NCBI GenBank assembly: GCA_964348665.1
Contig: CAYGDP010000002.1
Span: 110,033 to 174,032 of the forward strand
Direction: 5' to 3'
Source of the DNA: an uncultured Verrucomicrobiota bacterium
Lineage (GTDB): Bacteria; Verrucomicrobiota; Verrucomicrobiia; Palsa-1439; CAYGDP01
DNA length: 64,000 nt
Shown: one piece after another, positions 40,801 through 45,303 of the stretch
Numbering within the stretch: position 1 is the stretch's first letter
Layout of the letters: every line of letters starts with the position of its first letter
Program-made: the position numbers and the translations under genes
The notes under the pieces: generated by a model
What the model was told of the DNA's origin: nothing
The model's input: the letters and a program-made list of their open reading frames with translations, nothing else
Databases searched by the model: none

Positions 40801-41399
40801 CGGACTTTGAAGGGATAATCAAGAATACGATCTGTGGTTTAGCCGAGCCGATTTCTTCTATTATTCCAATCGGGGTTAGATTCCAAGTGAAGGTCCTTGC
40901 ACAAAATACGCCTTCTCCCGAGGGGATTCTTCGTGCAGGAACACCGGTTTCACCAGGAATAGGTTGTAGCGGTTCCTCTGAAGCTTATAGGAATGCTTCA
41001 AATCCATTTCTTAGGCTCTCGTTTACGGGAGGGAAAAAGCAAAGGTTCAACTCCGCCGATTTTGTATTTCGGAATGGCGATGTCGTTAGATACTCTACGA
41101 GAAACCATCCCGTACCCCAGAGGCCTAAAGGCTGGGCAATAGGTGATTCAAAACGAACCGCGGTGACTGCCTATCTGTCAGCGAAAACGAATTCAACGCA
41201 GTGGCGCGCTATCACGGCCTACGCTAGTTTATATGGTAGCCAACAATACATACCTTTCGCTTTTTACGTGACTTTGTTACGAAACAGCCAGAATGCAACC
41301 TTTGGAAGGCCACAGGCAATTATAATGCAGAGTAGTGCTCTGCGTAGTGGGACGGTAGTTTCAGTTTTTAGCTTATTCCCCGTGCCAAGTATTTATTGA
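22866..41399 (+). CDS. giant 6177-aa multidomain adhesin-like RHS/YD-repeat polymorphic toxin
   Basis: Single uninterrupted ORF of 18,534 nt. Domain order: P/S/T-rich N-terminus; PKD-like domains; beta-propeller-like region; 6 x 212-aa tandem repeats; Calx-beta ('DYATKDGTATSAHDYVATTGSLTFAPGE'); second propeller-like region; 12 cadherin-like/putative-Ig repeats; one SdrD-B-like domain; YD repeats ('YEYDSLGNLTSATDRVGNTTQYVY...'); RHS core 'YSMRARTYDPQTGRFLSRDP...RDPSGL'; about 265-aa C-terminal module. Confidence 0.9.
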   Translation: METGQNNRDQAVAIALKAFEENALREAVAVSTPPAEAGITLRSMFRGTTTFRALARKIATLLPRVAPRRESKLLRKLRHFQRQKACLSPAENHLQHPSSTTSVPPRANPSERRGMPSRFTAPIPLTSRLKHLVLGKWGTKDKSPRRKREHRFRRDLRYDQSFVAESAEPRLMAGSLAGPNILTVIDGVEGNEDWTMGLPEIVALGNSQAVPQTSEAPHAASSSTNHTEPIASNVTLPANAETTAQAIQSLQETGEFNPEEDIGLPFLSSDSTSSAWNPLNPDVTEALLFQLAELQQLFASRNALDTVAPKTLIAPLALEPTSAQTDSQIDPSLLAGDSQTSNSEPTTTGSGSTPQTISPVTNPQSSPTGDSPGNRDPPPDPPPPGLIRMACSGWTLVESGGSESGRGSFTSESGSLALREGDSFLVSIQRAFTIPPNPATLTFTLDELTFDTTDPDFINDAFEAAFLDASGISLVPVIASSRDSFFNATEGEPVALGSKTTFSDPTVTLNISSLPAGSTGILALRLVNNDSDVNTLARIHCNTPPQVTANDGAANEGQSLEFVGTFIDPDIGDTHTALISWGDNTTSEGVVTATQDGGTVTASHVYADNGNYTITLTVSDNNEGVGSDSATATIANVAPAVTVGPNQTHKDKELALDFTIGTFSDPGFTSPTAGTEETFTALIDWGDGTTPSEGTLTVVQGSEGVLTTGTVTANHVYQGGGVYTVTLTVTDDDLDSGSASFQITILPTKFFVVDQDRRSTFRYDRDGGFVSESDLGQFDSRPRGVASDSTGDTLWVIDANKTVYVYTGEGALLGSWQDPGLNQPQDITTDGTDIWIIDTPDNVVYRYSGAASRRSGSQAPDASFPLVVEDRNPTGLVTDGSTFWVTDNFDHLNKVFVYDMTGQLLGSWLLDPLNVDPSGITLNPNGGSDLWVVDRLRNAVFHYAESQDVRSGSLLVTDTFALANNNRHPEGIADPEVFWNVDSDGFWDDAANWDTGTVPSPTDDVIIDRPTANPTVTIRFGAQSVNSVTSHEALVLSGGTLSVAAPSEVNNTFTLSGGDLTGAGPFTINNTMDWIAGRLVSGGTLVIANTATLNLINSNDKDVVGSTLNNFGTANWNTGRIRTGSGSLIANSGLWIAQANNQISNDYGNAQSTFSNSGSFQHIGSSSSHIFIVYDNNGSTDATNGTLHLRAGGTSSGSFNAASPGALFFGEGTHILNASSSVSGSGTVGIFSGSTIVNGTWSVSGITDLQGGTIAFNTAASTATGIFRGSDLAGSDSLTVTDTMDWSSGRIVSGGTLIIANTATLNLINSNDKDVVGSTLNNFGAVNWFVGRIRTGSGSLISNSGLWIAQANNQISNDYGNAQSTFSNSGSFQHSGSGDSHIFIVYDNNGSTDVTSGTLHLRGGGNSSGSFNAPTPGRLLFGEGTHTLSASSSISGSGTLGIFSGSAVVNGSWTVSGITDLQGGTISFNTAASTVTGIFRGSDLAGSGSLTVSNAMDWSSGRVVSGGTLIIANTATLNLINSNDKDVVGSTLNNFGTVNWNAGRIRTGSDSLIANSGLWIAQANNQISNDYGNAQSTFSNSGSFQHSGSGDSHIFIVFDNNGSTDVTSGTLHLRGGGNSSGSFNAPTPGRLLFGEGTHTFSASSSVSGSGTLGIFSGSAIVNGSWMVSGITDLQGGTIAFNTAASTITGIFRGSDLTGTGSLTVSNTMDWSSGRIVSGGTLTIANTATLSLINNNDKDIVGSTLANFGTVNWLAGRIRTGSGALISNSGLWIAQANNQISNDYGNAQSTFSNSGGFQHSGSGDSHIFIVYDNNGSTDVPSGTLHLRGGGNSSGSFSTTSPSALFFGEGTHTLTATSSVSGSGTVGIFSGSAIVNGSWVVSGTTDLQGGTIAFNTAASTVTGIFRGSDLTGSDSLTVTDTMDWQRGRVVSGGTLVIANTATLNLINSNDKDIVGSTLSNFGTVNWNAGRIRTGSGALIANNGLWTAQANNQISNDYGNAQSTFSNFGSFQHTGTSSSHIFIVYDNDGSTQVTSGTLHLRGGGNSSGSFNATSPGALFFGEGTHTLSATSSVTGSGTLGIFTGSTVVNGSWTVSGTTDLQGGTISFNTAATTVNALLRGSDVAGSGSLTVSGTMSWTAGRIVNGATLIGTHGATLNLIGGNEDIVGSTLNNDGTVNWTSGRIRTGFGTHINNDGLWIAQANNAIVNDYGGAQSTFSNSGIFRQQGSGTTTIAIDFINFGSVEILTGTLSFTGAYTQTGGVTALEGGSLSSTQTLTIQGGVLTGIGTIFANVVNGGELGPGASIGMDVGILNLAGNYTQTTTGSLHIQLFDVGAGIGFDQFRVAGAVTLEGGINLALESTIPLSGEIIFLDNDATDGVTGTFVGLPQNTFVMLNDDLYQLSYSGGSGNDVSLQRVVGITITNVSLPEGDLGITDFIFTVSLDQPGTTSLTLDYATKDGTATSAHDYVATTGSLTFAPGEVTKPITVPVNGDNASATDETFFVEIVNRILVFSPNTTRIGIGTILNDDNELYDAEERFLFTTTEDFHEGTLSSNLTATQVPDEMGLMAQFPFFPYVNIAASARGTIIRLDANTGEILGEYLTAPDGMGRNPSATAVDLLGNVWVANRDESSDGKGSVTRIALVIGGTRGIKNPDGSFTPDPGGQYLQGPFLYSTAIDRDGDGLIKTSFGLGNILAWNNAGGTDSLGGVFTAEDELIINYTRVSGTRTGTVAIDGNNDLWVGGVGDHDHEKISGVTGQPIPGTQFNTGRAGFGGLVDRNGVLWSSNSLIRFVPNVNPPPAGTSASIGNNYGIATDPRTGHIWITNGGIGCSYGLFELDSDGRVLNRYPQPFPSQGVAVDANSHVWVAQMFGSKVWHLAPDPNDPTRHITVGFVTGFHEVNALAVDPNGKIWVAERGNRASRIDPSAGDIGAGGYPVGAIELSVALGLGAGPDNYSDMTGFVSHSLVPQGVWTHTIDGEQDRTGWGVVVVDATIPVGTSMVVQVRAADSLSDLASLPYITIQSGQILHDVAGRFLQLKVTVVSEDDATRPSVQAISIYKLPPPTITVSSPANGERFDAGSSILITGLAASGRPFIAETGTQIPNRIATVTANGTTVEALDLIGNFFTRVTLLPGENVYEFTAYDAFGQSVTATLTLTGVQVTAGDVDFAQLTDVSRSFVSEYGRTSFTESADVLYADLDSIRSIGSFYVDAPFLLGVTNFSDSSVQLADSDGVTPDGIAYYDLSSLVIDGSIAPGELLGSQTLAFFNPNRVRFTYDLVFLGRLNRAPAFTTVPDLSVALGQTYSYLADAADPDVNPLSFSILSGPAAMTIESATGAVTWTPITSDLGTHSITLQVADGRGGFGRQHYLLSVTAVPPNRPPVFTSIPTVVGNVNLTYNYLATATDTDNDALIFSLLSGPQGLSVHANGLVTWTPTADQLGVQNVVLTVSDGHGGDAFQSFAIFVSQEPGNHPPVIVTQPITTGFAGTAYTYDVDALDADNDSLTYSLTTFPAGMTIDGMTGLISWNPTLSDVGNHVVTVRVSENRGGIGEQSFFLSVQGQAPAQIRGAKFNDLDGNGVRASEEPGLANWAIYLDQNGNGRRDFGESVRLTDVNGNYSFDNLLPGDYLVAEEAQRGFSQTAPLGGTYAVSVANGQIVAGLDFGNKQVAVVEEQPPFFVTEPITEAIASQTYLYEAAATDPNFDALSFDLLVKPAGMLVDPVTGVVIWEPTAAQVGVHDVVLRVSDGNGGSDEQSFQIIVSPANNPPSITSVPFGPALVGLLYQYQVRAQDADGDALTFQLVTAPSGMTLSFLTPQSSILSWTPTFSQIGTHAVAITVADGRGGMDAQSFDLAVAVANDAPAITSTPTAPAVVGFPYQYQARASDPNGDPLTFRLDVAPSGMVIDHLSGLLTWTATADQVGTNQVSIAVTDGRGGIATQSFGLPTVTEAVNDAPQITSSPPAPAVVGFPYRYQVEASDPNGDPLTFSLDTAPSGMTMDSQTGLVSYTATAGQVGNQPVAITVADGRGGFFTQSFDLPVVTSAPNDAPTIVSEPLGPAVVDAPYRYQVEATDVNGDLITFQLTTAPSGMLIDSATGLISWTPTAAQVGTQNVAVSASDGRGGVATQSFGLPVVTQTIANEPPSISSTPRINAAVGSLYLYAVVATDPNHDVLTYSLPIAPAGMTVDADGLIRWTPTSAQLGPNFARLEISDGRGAIVGQEFNVNVTTEFTNQPPIIVSNPTGSALVGDLYRYDAVASDPDHDPLTWTLVSGPAGMSMDSQLGSLRWTPNADQAGFQPAVIQVSDPFGGSSTQSFTVAVRLVNIAPSITSTPLTSAVVGKTYVYAVRATDPENDPLAFFLTSAPAGMTMDAGTGLILWTPTSAQAGSASVSVAVSDGQAFSSQNYSITVLATAENAPPVVTSTPPFFATVDTLYTYIVTAVDPESEPITFTLTEAPAGMTLTPVTNNESQITWTPSAADIGFHTVSIVVTDPHGAPSAQRFTIGVADPNNPNPPIADISNIAENQVVRDGLFDLVGIANDLDPTDAVSYQLSLFLPDGTFVRDMTPAPLNAQGFHVGRVSGGDNLATLDFTMLENGVYQLDLTVRGGNDFDSDTVTFALDSNLKVGQFGFSQQDLVIPVSGIPLSVIRTYNSLNPRDGDFGFSWTYSISDVEFTTDEFRVPAEDIDGTNFSLRDGGGRNITLTLPDGRRTTFAFSLTPGLSDASGVSCFCYQAFWTAPPGVYYTLQPTVSNKLIQLPGLTPFWEAAGLGTPMDAFDFKSFILTGKDGARVDRSGHRTDGFPLGHTATGGTRYVIEREDLGEHFVLTEEGASLFVHTYGEGKLTQVIDRNGNTTVISNDQIASFNALGDPIRLITFDRNPEGRIVAITDPLGAQMTYEYDSLGNLTSATDRVGNTTQYVYGNPSLSHYITEIIDPLGRTTARTEYDDNGRIIATIDAKGNRVEFNYDLSGHTQTIFNGLGIPAIYTYDTRGNVTERTQFLDGMAVVNHWIYDGNNNLLTHVDPLGNTRNYTYDSQGNVLSVTDPHGADQNPEEFTIRYTYDEFGNSTSVMLPTGAAEFSTYDSNGNLLAITNEDAVVLSSWTFDAVGNTTSETDAFGTFSYQYDSVGNNISFTDSIGNTITSTYDANGQITTMTDNGVTSTFQYDENGRETSSDYGNGITANYGYSFQDEWTTLDAPTIGHLGREFDETGRLGGWELTNGSTIDFDYNAAGQLTQQVDPMGNVTQYEYDDLGRVVSVVDVATGAVTTKEYDLANRVIRTTDAEGNSQTFSYGPDGRLAATSDANGNVLLYSYTLFTTSVTDPLGRTTTTEFSELGVPIRTINPDGTESSASYLDGVIDDPDEFPTSLVDEGGHVRSYTYDDVGRLSTATDLGGSVYNYNYGLDGLSSILGPTSETLGFTYDIIGNRSTMTFGDGGVQSYSYGANNLPSVVTLPSGETISLLYDDAGRTTSRMTSEGESATYSYNANDQVTVQQDNTGITSYTYDEIGNLQRIDYPTTASVEYGYDLLGRVISVTAKESPTALGYTTLYHYNEIGNLDQVTDPLGGVTTYEYDEVYRLGKRTLPNGIETTYEYNDSDQVTVIIHKDSGSNVIASLRYERQGIGEPSKITREDDSYVLLGYDNALRMTSEAYFDPNNVLIEQITYQYDDAGNRVGRTTALGASTYNYQTGFRLTAVDGPGSDDESYSYDSDGNTTAISRDGLNLMLTYDSYGHVTGVQGLAGGATETYTYDAMGRRVGIANGAGDIRNFLVAPTLADGLEQPYLVTDVSGAVQMGYAYVGETPLLRFDASGQPVYYLDDAMGSVIGLANASGQGVASFQYDGFGNPRVVTGDSAAPATIGGDFRFHGQWLDISTQLYSMRARTYDPQTGRFLSRDPIEMDQFTPEMMNFYIFANSNTHLFRDPSGLFSLIELNLTTLIQGFLQGIRALAVHEAKQYVKQQAFGAAGSFFVNSIASFVPGLHEFGSNLSSITGTDFEGIIKNTICGLAEPISSIIPIGVRFQVKVLAQNTPSPEGILRAGTPVSPGIGCSGSSEAYRNASNPFLRLSFTGGKKQRFNSADFVFRNGDVVRYSTRNHPVPQRPKGWAIGDSKRTAVTAYLSAKTNSTQWRAITAYASLYGSQQYIPFAFYVTLLRNSQNATFGRPQAIIMQSSALRSGTVVSVFSLFPVPSIY
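26079..29894 (+). repeat. six near-identical 636-nt (212-aa) tandem coding repeats inside the giant gene
   Basis: The motif 'atggactggagcag[c/t]ggtcg[g/a]atcgtcagcgg' recurs at 26715, 27351, 27987 and 28623, always 636 nt apart. Diverged copies sit at 26079 and 29259. Confidence 0.85.
32700..36355 (+). repeat. 12 cadherin-like/putative-Ig domain repeats (about 92 aa each), interrupted by one SdrD-B-like domain at about 33530-33840
   Basis: Recurrent '..PP.ITS.P...A.VG..Y.Y...A.DPD.D.L.F.L...P.GM.ID..TGL.SWTPT..Q.G...V...V.DGRGG...Q.F' units starting near 32700, 32985, 33255, 33860, 34130, 34420, 34690, 34965, 35250, 35530, 35800 and 36075. Confidence 0.7.
36596..36679 (+). repeat. 84-nt segment duplicated at 43110-43193 (one mismatch)
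   Basis: 'gacttcacgatg[t/c]tggagaacggcgtttaccaactcgatctgacggtgagaggcggcaacgatttcgactcggacaccgtcac' occurs in both places. Flanks are about 80% identical (36360-36440 vs 42906-42990). Confidence 0.85.
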
Positions 41400-41601
41400 A
41401 AGGCGGCTTATGTCGGTAACACTATGGACATCGGTAGCACTCGATTTTTGGACATACGAGCCGGGCCATGGTCACAATGACAAATTTACCGAATTAAAAT
41501 CCGGTTCGTTGGATGCCCTCATAAGGTAAGGACAAAGAGCATGCAGCACATAAATGCAGAGTATCTTTGTAAAGATTAACCGTACTAAGGATAAAATAAG
41601 A

Positions 41602-42138
41602 ATGAATACGAATGATCCTTTCGGGAAAGTCATTTGGCAGGCTCAACAAGCGATAGACGACAGTGATTTCAATAAACTGAAAGACCTAATTGTTGAAAAC
41701 CTCTGGCTGAAAAATCCTTTGGAAGACACGGGGGGATCGCTCTTACACTACGCGGTAACGAACCGAAACCCTGGGGCTGTAGAATTCCTAATTTCCGAAG
41801 GTCTAGACGTAAACATGAAAGACCTAGAAAGTGTTAACACACCGCTCTTAATAGCGGTTGAAGAAGAAGACGCAGAAATAACAGAGTTACTCCTCCAGCT
41901 CGGCGCGGATGTAAACTGCCGAAATCCAAACGGGTGTACTCCTCTACACCTCGCAGCGAAGAGTGGGAATACTGAAATCGCAAAAATCCTGATTTTTTAC
42001 GAAGCGGATGTAAATGCTCGAGATATTTTCGACGGGTGGTCTCCCCTTGACTACGCGTTGGCAGAAGAACGATCAGGCGTTGCGGACATGCTTCGTAGGA
42101 GCGGGGCAAGACAGTTTGGCAAAGGGACCGACAAATGA
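41602..42138 (+). CDS. ankyrin-repeat protein, candidate immunity protein 1
   Basis: ATG at 41602 with RBS 'aagga'. Ankyrin repeats ('GGSLLHYAVTNRNPGAVEFLISEGLDVNMKD...', 'GCTPLHLAAKSGNTEIAKILIFYEADVN'). Immediately downstream of the RHS C-terminal module. Low GC. Confidence 0.7.
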   Translation: MNTNDPFGKVIWQAQQAIDDSDFNKLKDLIVENLWLKNPLEDTGGSLLHYAVTNRNPGAVEFLISEGLDVNMKDLESVNTPLLIAVEEEDAEITELLLQLGADVNCRNPNGCTPLHLAAKSGNTEIAKILIFYEADVNARDIFDGWSPLDYALAEERSGVADMLRRSGARQFGKGTDK

Positions 42139-42776
42139 GATTCCTGAAAAATTTTTTTGGATCGGTAAAAAAAACAGAGTCGCCGGCGGGTGGCACTGTT
42201 TTGGGGACGTTACTTCAAGCGAAGGAGGCGATTGACACGGAAAACGTTGTGACACTTGAGTCATTGTTGCGTAAACATCCCTCACTCGGCGAGGAACTTG
42301 ATGACTTGGGCTGGTCGCTATTGCATTATGCAGTGGCTCATTACAAGCTTCAGTCGATAGCGCGAATGCTCTCATGCGGATTGAACGTTAATATTTCCAC
42401 AAAGAATGGAAATTGTACGCCTTTGTTTTTTGCGTGTGCTGGGAATGGTCCAATAGAAATGGCACAACTGCTGATTGAACACGGAGCAGACGTTAATTGG
42501 AGAGACGAAGAAGGTGGAACAGCGCTTCATGCGGCAGCAAACCATAACCGAACAGACCTAATTACTCTTCTGATAGCAAAGGGATCTGAGGTAAATGTAA
42601 AAAGGAAGGCCGATGGATGGACTCCACTACATTGTGCAGATAATCTTGAGACGGTAAAGTTGCTCATAGAAAAAGGGGCAAATTCAGCAGCACGGGACAG
42701 GTGTCGACGCACGCGGATGGATATTGCAAGGGGAGCAAAGCAAAACGACATAGCCGAATTTTTGCAGAGATTGTAA
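42135..42776 (+). CDS. ankyrin-repeat protein, candidate immunity protein 2
   Basis: Start overlaps the previous stop (ATGA). Ankyrin repeats ('GWSLLHYAVAHYKLQSIARML', 'GNCTPLFFACAGNGPIEMAQLLIEHGADVN', 'GGTALHAAANHNRTDLITLLIAKGSEVN'). Confidence 0.7.
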   Translation: MRFLKNFFGSVKKTESPAGGTVLGTLLQAKEAIDTENVVTLESLLRKHPSLGEELDDLGWSLLHYAVAHYKLQSIARMLSCGLNVNISTKNGNCTPLFFACAGNGPIEMAQLLIEHGADVNWRDEEGGTALHAAANHNRTDLITLLIAKGSEVNVKRKADGWTPLHCADNLETVKLLIEKGANSAARDRCRRTRMDIARGAKQNDIAEFLQRL

Positions 42777-42830
42777 TTGTTGTTGTGGCTCAGGAGATTG
42801 TGGTGCGGTGGCAGTTTTTGAGATAACGCG

Positions 42831-43202
42831 ATGCAAACGAGATTGAATACGACGCCGTTGTTGTTGTGGCTTCTCTTGCAAAAGCAAGAGCAGCGGGAAG
42901 TTGCGCCGATTGCGGATATTTCCAATATCGCGGAAAACCAAATCGTCCGTGATGGACTCTTCGATCTCATCGGTGTCGCTGACGACGCTGACCCAGCGGA
43001 CATAGTTTCCTGGGAAGTCACTGTTCAATCGGTGGCACAGGCGTCCCTGCCTGTGGTTCTATTGACAGGTTCAAATCGGGTTTCAGGGGGAGATTCCTTT
43101 GGCATCCTCGACTTCACGATGCTGGAGAACGGCGTTTACCAACTCGATCTGACGGTGAGAGGCGGCAACGATTTCGACTCGGACACCGTCACTTTCTGTT
43201 AA
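42831..43202 (+). pseudogene. orphan fragment homologous to an internal segment of the giant toxin gene (pre-YD-repeat region), with its own N-terminal hydrophobic leader
   Basis: 123 aa, 'MQTRLNTTPLLLWLLLQKQEQREVAPIADISNIAENQIVRDGLFDL...FTMLENGVYQLDLTVRGGNDFDSDTVTFC'. Matches giant-gene aa about 4500-4610. Stops 3 codons after nucleotide identity ends. Confidence 0.6.
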
Positions 43203-43403
43203 AGGCCGAATTGACGTCGTACGCGATGACCGAATTCTGATCATACGATTTTTCCGAGTTGACCGCGCTCTCATCATATTTTGCGCCCGATTTCGTCATA
43301 GCGGCATCGCGAGTTATGACCGTGCTGGTCTTTCGCCCACTCACGCGATTTCGGCTGCGCTCTCATCATAGCGATAGGACGGTAGCGGCTCTTTTCTGTT
43401 ATC

Positions 43404-43712
43404 TCACCGTTTCCCGGTGAGTTCTTTCATGGCTTGGTCGAACGACAGTCCGAGCACTTTCATGTAGAAATCAATGGCGTTGCCCGCCTGATTTTGCTCC
43501 GGCCAGCGCCAATACGACGATTTGAGGATCAAGCCCTTGTACTGTTGGACCTCGTAGTTGCCGCCGGTCAACCGATCAATGCCCTGATTGGGCGTTGAGT
43601 TCGACAAACCTAACAGCCATAACGTCTTTTCGATCAAGTCCGTCTCTTCATCCCGATACCTTGAGACTACACTCGCTCCCCTCATAGAGAAAATTTCTAG
43701 CACAGCTACCAT
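43404..43712 (-). CDS. hypothetical protein
   Basis: 102-aa ORF, last in a three-gene minus-strand arrangement with overlapping boundaries. Hairpin CTCACCG/CGGTGAG sits at its 3' end. Confidence 0.3.
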   Translation of the reverse strand: MVAVLEIFSMRGASVVSRYRDEETDLIEKTLWLLGLSNSTPNQGIDRLTGGNYEVQQYKGLILKSSYWRWPEQNQAGNAIDFYMKVLGLSFDQAMKELTGKR

Positions 43713-43900
43713 CGCGCCTCGACAAGGTAGAGGGGCATCCCATTCTGTTCATACTGGAGGATATCCGATTCTTCCAGATTGTCGTACACCATGATTCGGT
43801 TCGTTTTGGTAATGACGGCACGGTGCCCGAGTCGGCGATGTTTCTCCGCTTTGACTTGCGCATCCCGTTCATTATCGAAAACGTCTATTTCAATGTTCAT
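43706..43900 (-). CDS. hypothetical small protein
   Basis: 64-aa ORF overlapping both neighbours. Could be a frameshifted part of a longer gene together with 43404-43712. Confidence 0.25.
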   Translation of the reverse strand: MNIEIDVFDNERDAQVKAEKHRRLGHRAVITKTNRIMVYDNLEESDILQYEQNGMPLYLVEARW

Positions 43901-45165
43901 GGTGAGTTACCTTTCTTTCGCGGCAGATTCCGTCCGATCGCTGGCACGCTAGTGCCGTGCACACTTTTCAAATCGGTTTTCAACACACTAAGTGGCTTGC
44001 CAGCAAACCTGCTGACCCAGTTCGGCGGTGTTCGGTCCAAACCCGTGTTTTCGACTAAAACTTTCAGTTTATTCCCATCAACTTTTCCAGTCCCGTCGTT
44101 CACGTAGTCAAGAATCTCTTTTAGAATGATCTCCTCTTGGCGAAGCTGCCTTAACGCTTCCTGTCGTACCGTTAGAGTCTGGCTGAGTAGCGATTGTGTT
44201 GGAATGGGATCACCCAGTTCACCATCTTCCATAATCTGCAGGTCAAACCCGATATAACCGACAACCAGCGGCTGCGGAAACTTTTCTATTAGAGATACCG
44301 TACGTCCGGAAGCAGATGCCAGTTTAAGCGTGCCTCCTGGGATCGCAGTATCTACTGATTTACTGAGCGCTTCCATTGCTTCGGTGTATCTTTTTCCTGG
44401 CTCATTGGGATCAAGCCGCAGAAGATCAACAGGTTTTGGTGCTCCGCCGGAAACCGACCCAGCATACGATTCGGCACTTGAAACCATAATGTTTACCTTA
44501 CCGGTTAGATATACTCGATTGACTACACGCAGATAACTGGCTCCCCTCTCCGTCGGAGCATAATTCTGAAGAAATTGACGGTGTTTTTCTCCCCATACCT
44601 CGACCTGCTCACGCAGCGACAGTAAGTCCACCCCGTATGTGTAAGCGTCCTTAATTGTAATACTGCCATGCGCTTGGCCGGCGCCTAAGAGATTCAAGGC
44701 GACGGGCACACCTTGAACCGGCAAAGCCAGACTCAAACCCGCGCCGCGCTGCACGCTAAACGAGTAGGAGGGAAATGCGGCGTGAGGAGCCTCGTCCCAG
44801 CCATCTTTCTTGGACTGCCAATGGAGCGGTGGACGATTCTCACCGTTGACTCCAAATGCGCCGCGATAAAATGCCTCATACCCAAGCGGGCGCAGTCGGG
44901 CCACAAGATTCTCCAGCGGCAGAAAGCCTTTCGCTTCGTAAAGCTTAATCTGCTTTTCAATCGGCGTCTGCACCAAGAACACGTCTCCCGGCTGCAAATC
45001 CTCCGTCAAAGGATAGACGGGAATGACTTGGCTGGCACGAATGACCAGCGACCAGTCTTTGGCCACCCGCGCCAGTTGTGTGCTTGTAGCGCGTGTCGTG
45101 CCGCATCCCGATAAACCAAGCAATGTCGCAACAAGGATAATTCCGCTGACAATATGCCAATGCAT
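43897..45165 (-). CDS. lipoprotein, function unknown
   Basis: ATG at 45165 with RBS 'aaggaggg'. Lipobox 'ILVATLLGLSGCGT'. About 420 aa. Confidence 0.6.
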   Translation of the reverse strand: MHWHIVSGIILVATLLGLSGCGTTRATSTQLARVAKDWSLVIRASQVIPVYPLTEDLQPGDVFLVQTPIEKQIKLYEAKGFLPLENLVARLRPLGYEAFYRGAFGVNGENRPPLHWQSKKDGWDEAPHAAFPSYSFSVQRGAGLSLALPVQGVPVALNLLGAGQAHGSITIKDAYTYGVDLLSLREQVEVWGEKHRQFLQNYAPTERGASYLRVVNRVYLTGKVNIMVSSAESYAGSVSGGAPKPVDLLRLDPNEPGKRYTEAMEALSKSVDTAIPGGTLKLASASGRTVSLIEKFPQPLVVGYIGFDLQIMEDGELGDPIPTQSLLSQTLTVRQEALRQLRQEEIILKEILDYVNDGTGKVDGNKLKVLVENTGLDRTPPNWVSRFAGKPLSVLKTDLKSVHGTSVPAIGRNLPRKKGNSP

Positions 45166-45303
45166 CAAATCCCTCCTTGCATGGTTCTCTAGCAACTTAA
45201 TTTTCTGCCTGCAACTACAATTCGTTTTCCAAAATCAATTGTGTTCTCACCAGTTTTTTAGTAGAGACGAGTCGCAACCAAGAGATCGGTTCGAAAGGAG
45301 GCG

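Noticed and set aside
22866-41399. T6SS-delivered Rhs effector
   Set aside because: No PAAR, VgrG, Hcp or other T6SS genes in the window. Delivery route left open rather than asserted.
41410-41500. 28-aa ORF 'MSVTLWTSVALDFWTYEPGHGHNDKFTEL' between the giant gene and the first ankyrin gene
   Set aside because: Too short and unsupported to call. May just be spacer sequence.
36596-43193. Duplicated segment of a large gene's C-terminal half could indicate a diversity-generating retroelement (TR/VR pair)
   Set aside because: Differences between copies are not adenine-specific. No reverse transcriptase gene in the window. The repeat is not at the gene's C-terminus.
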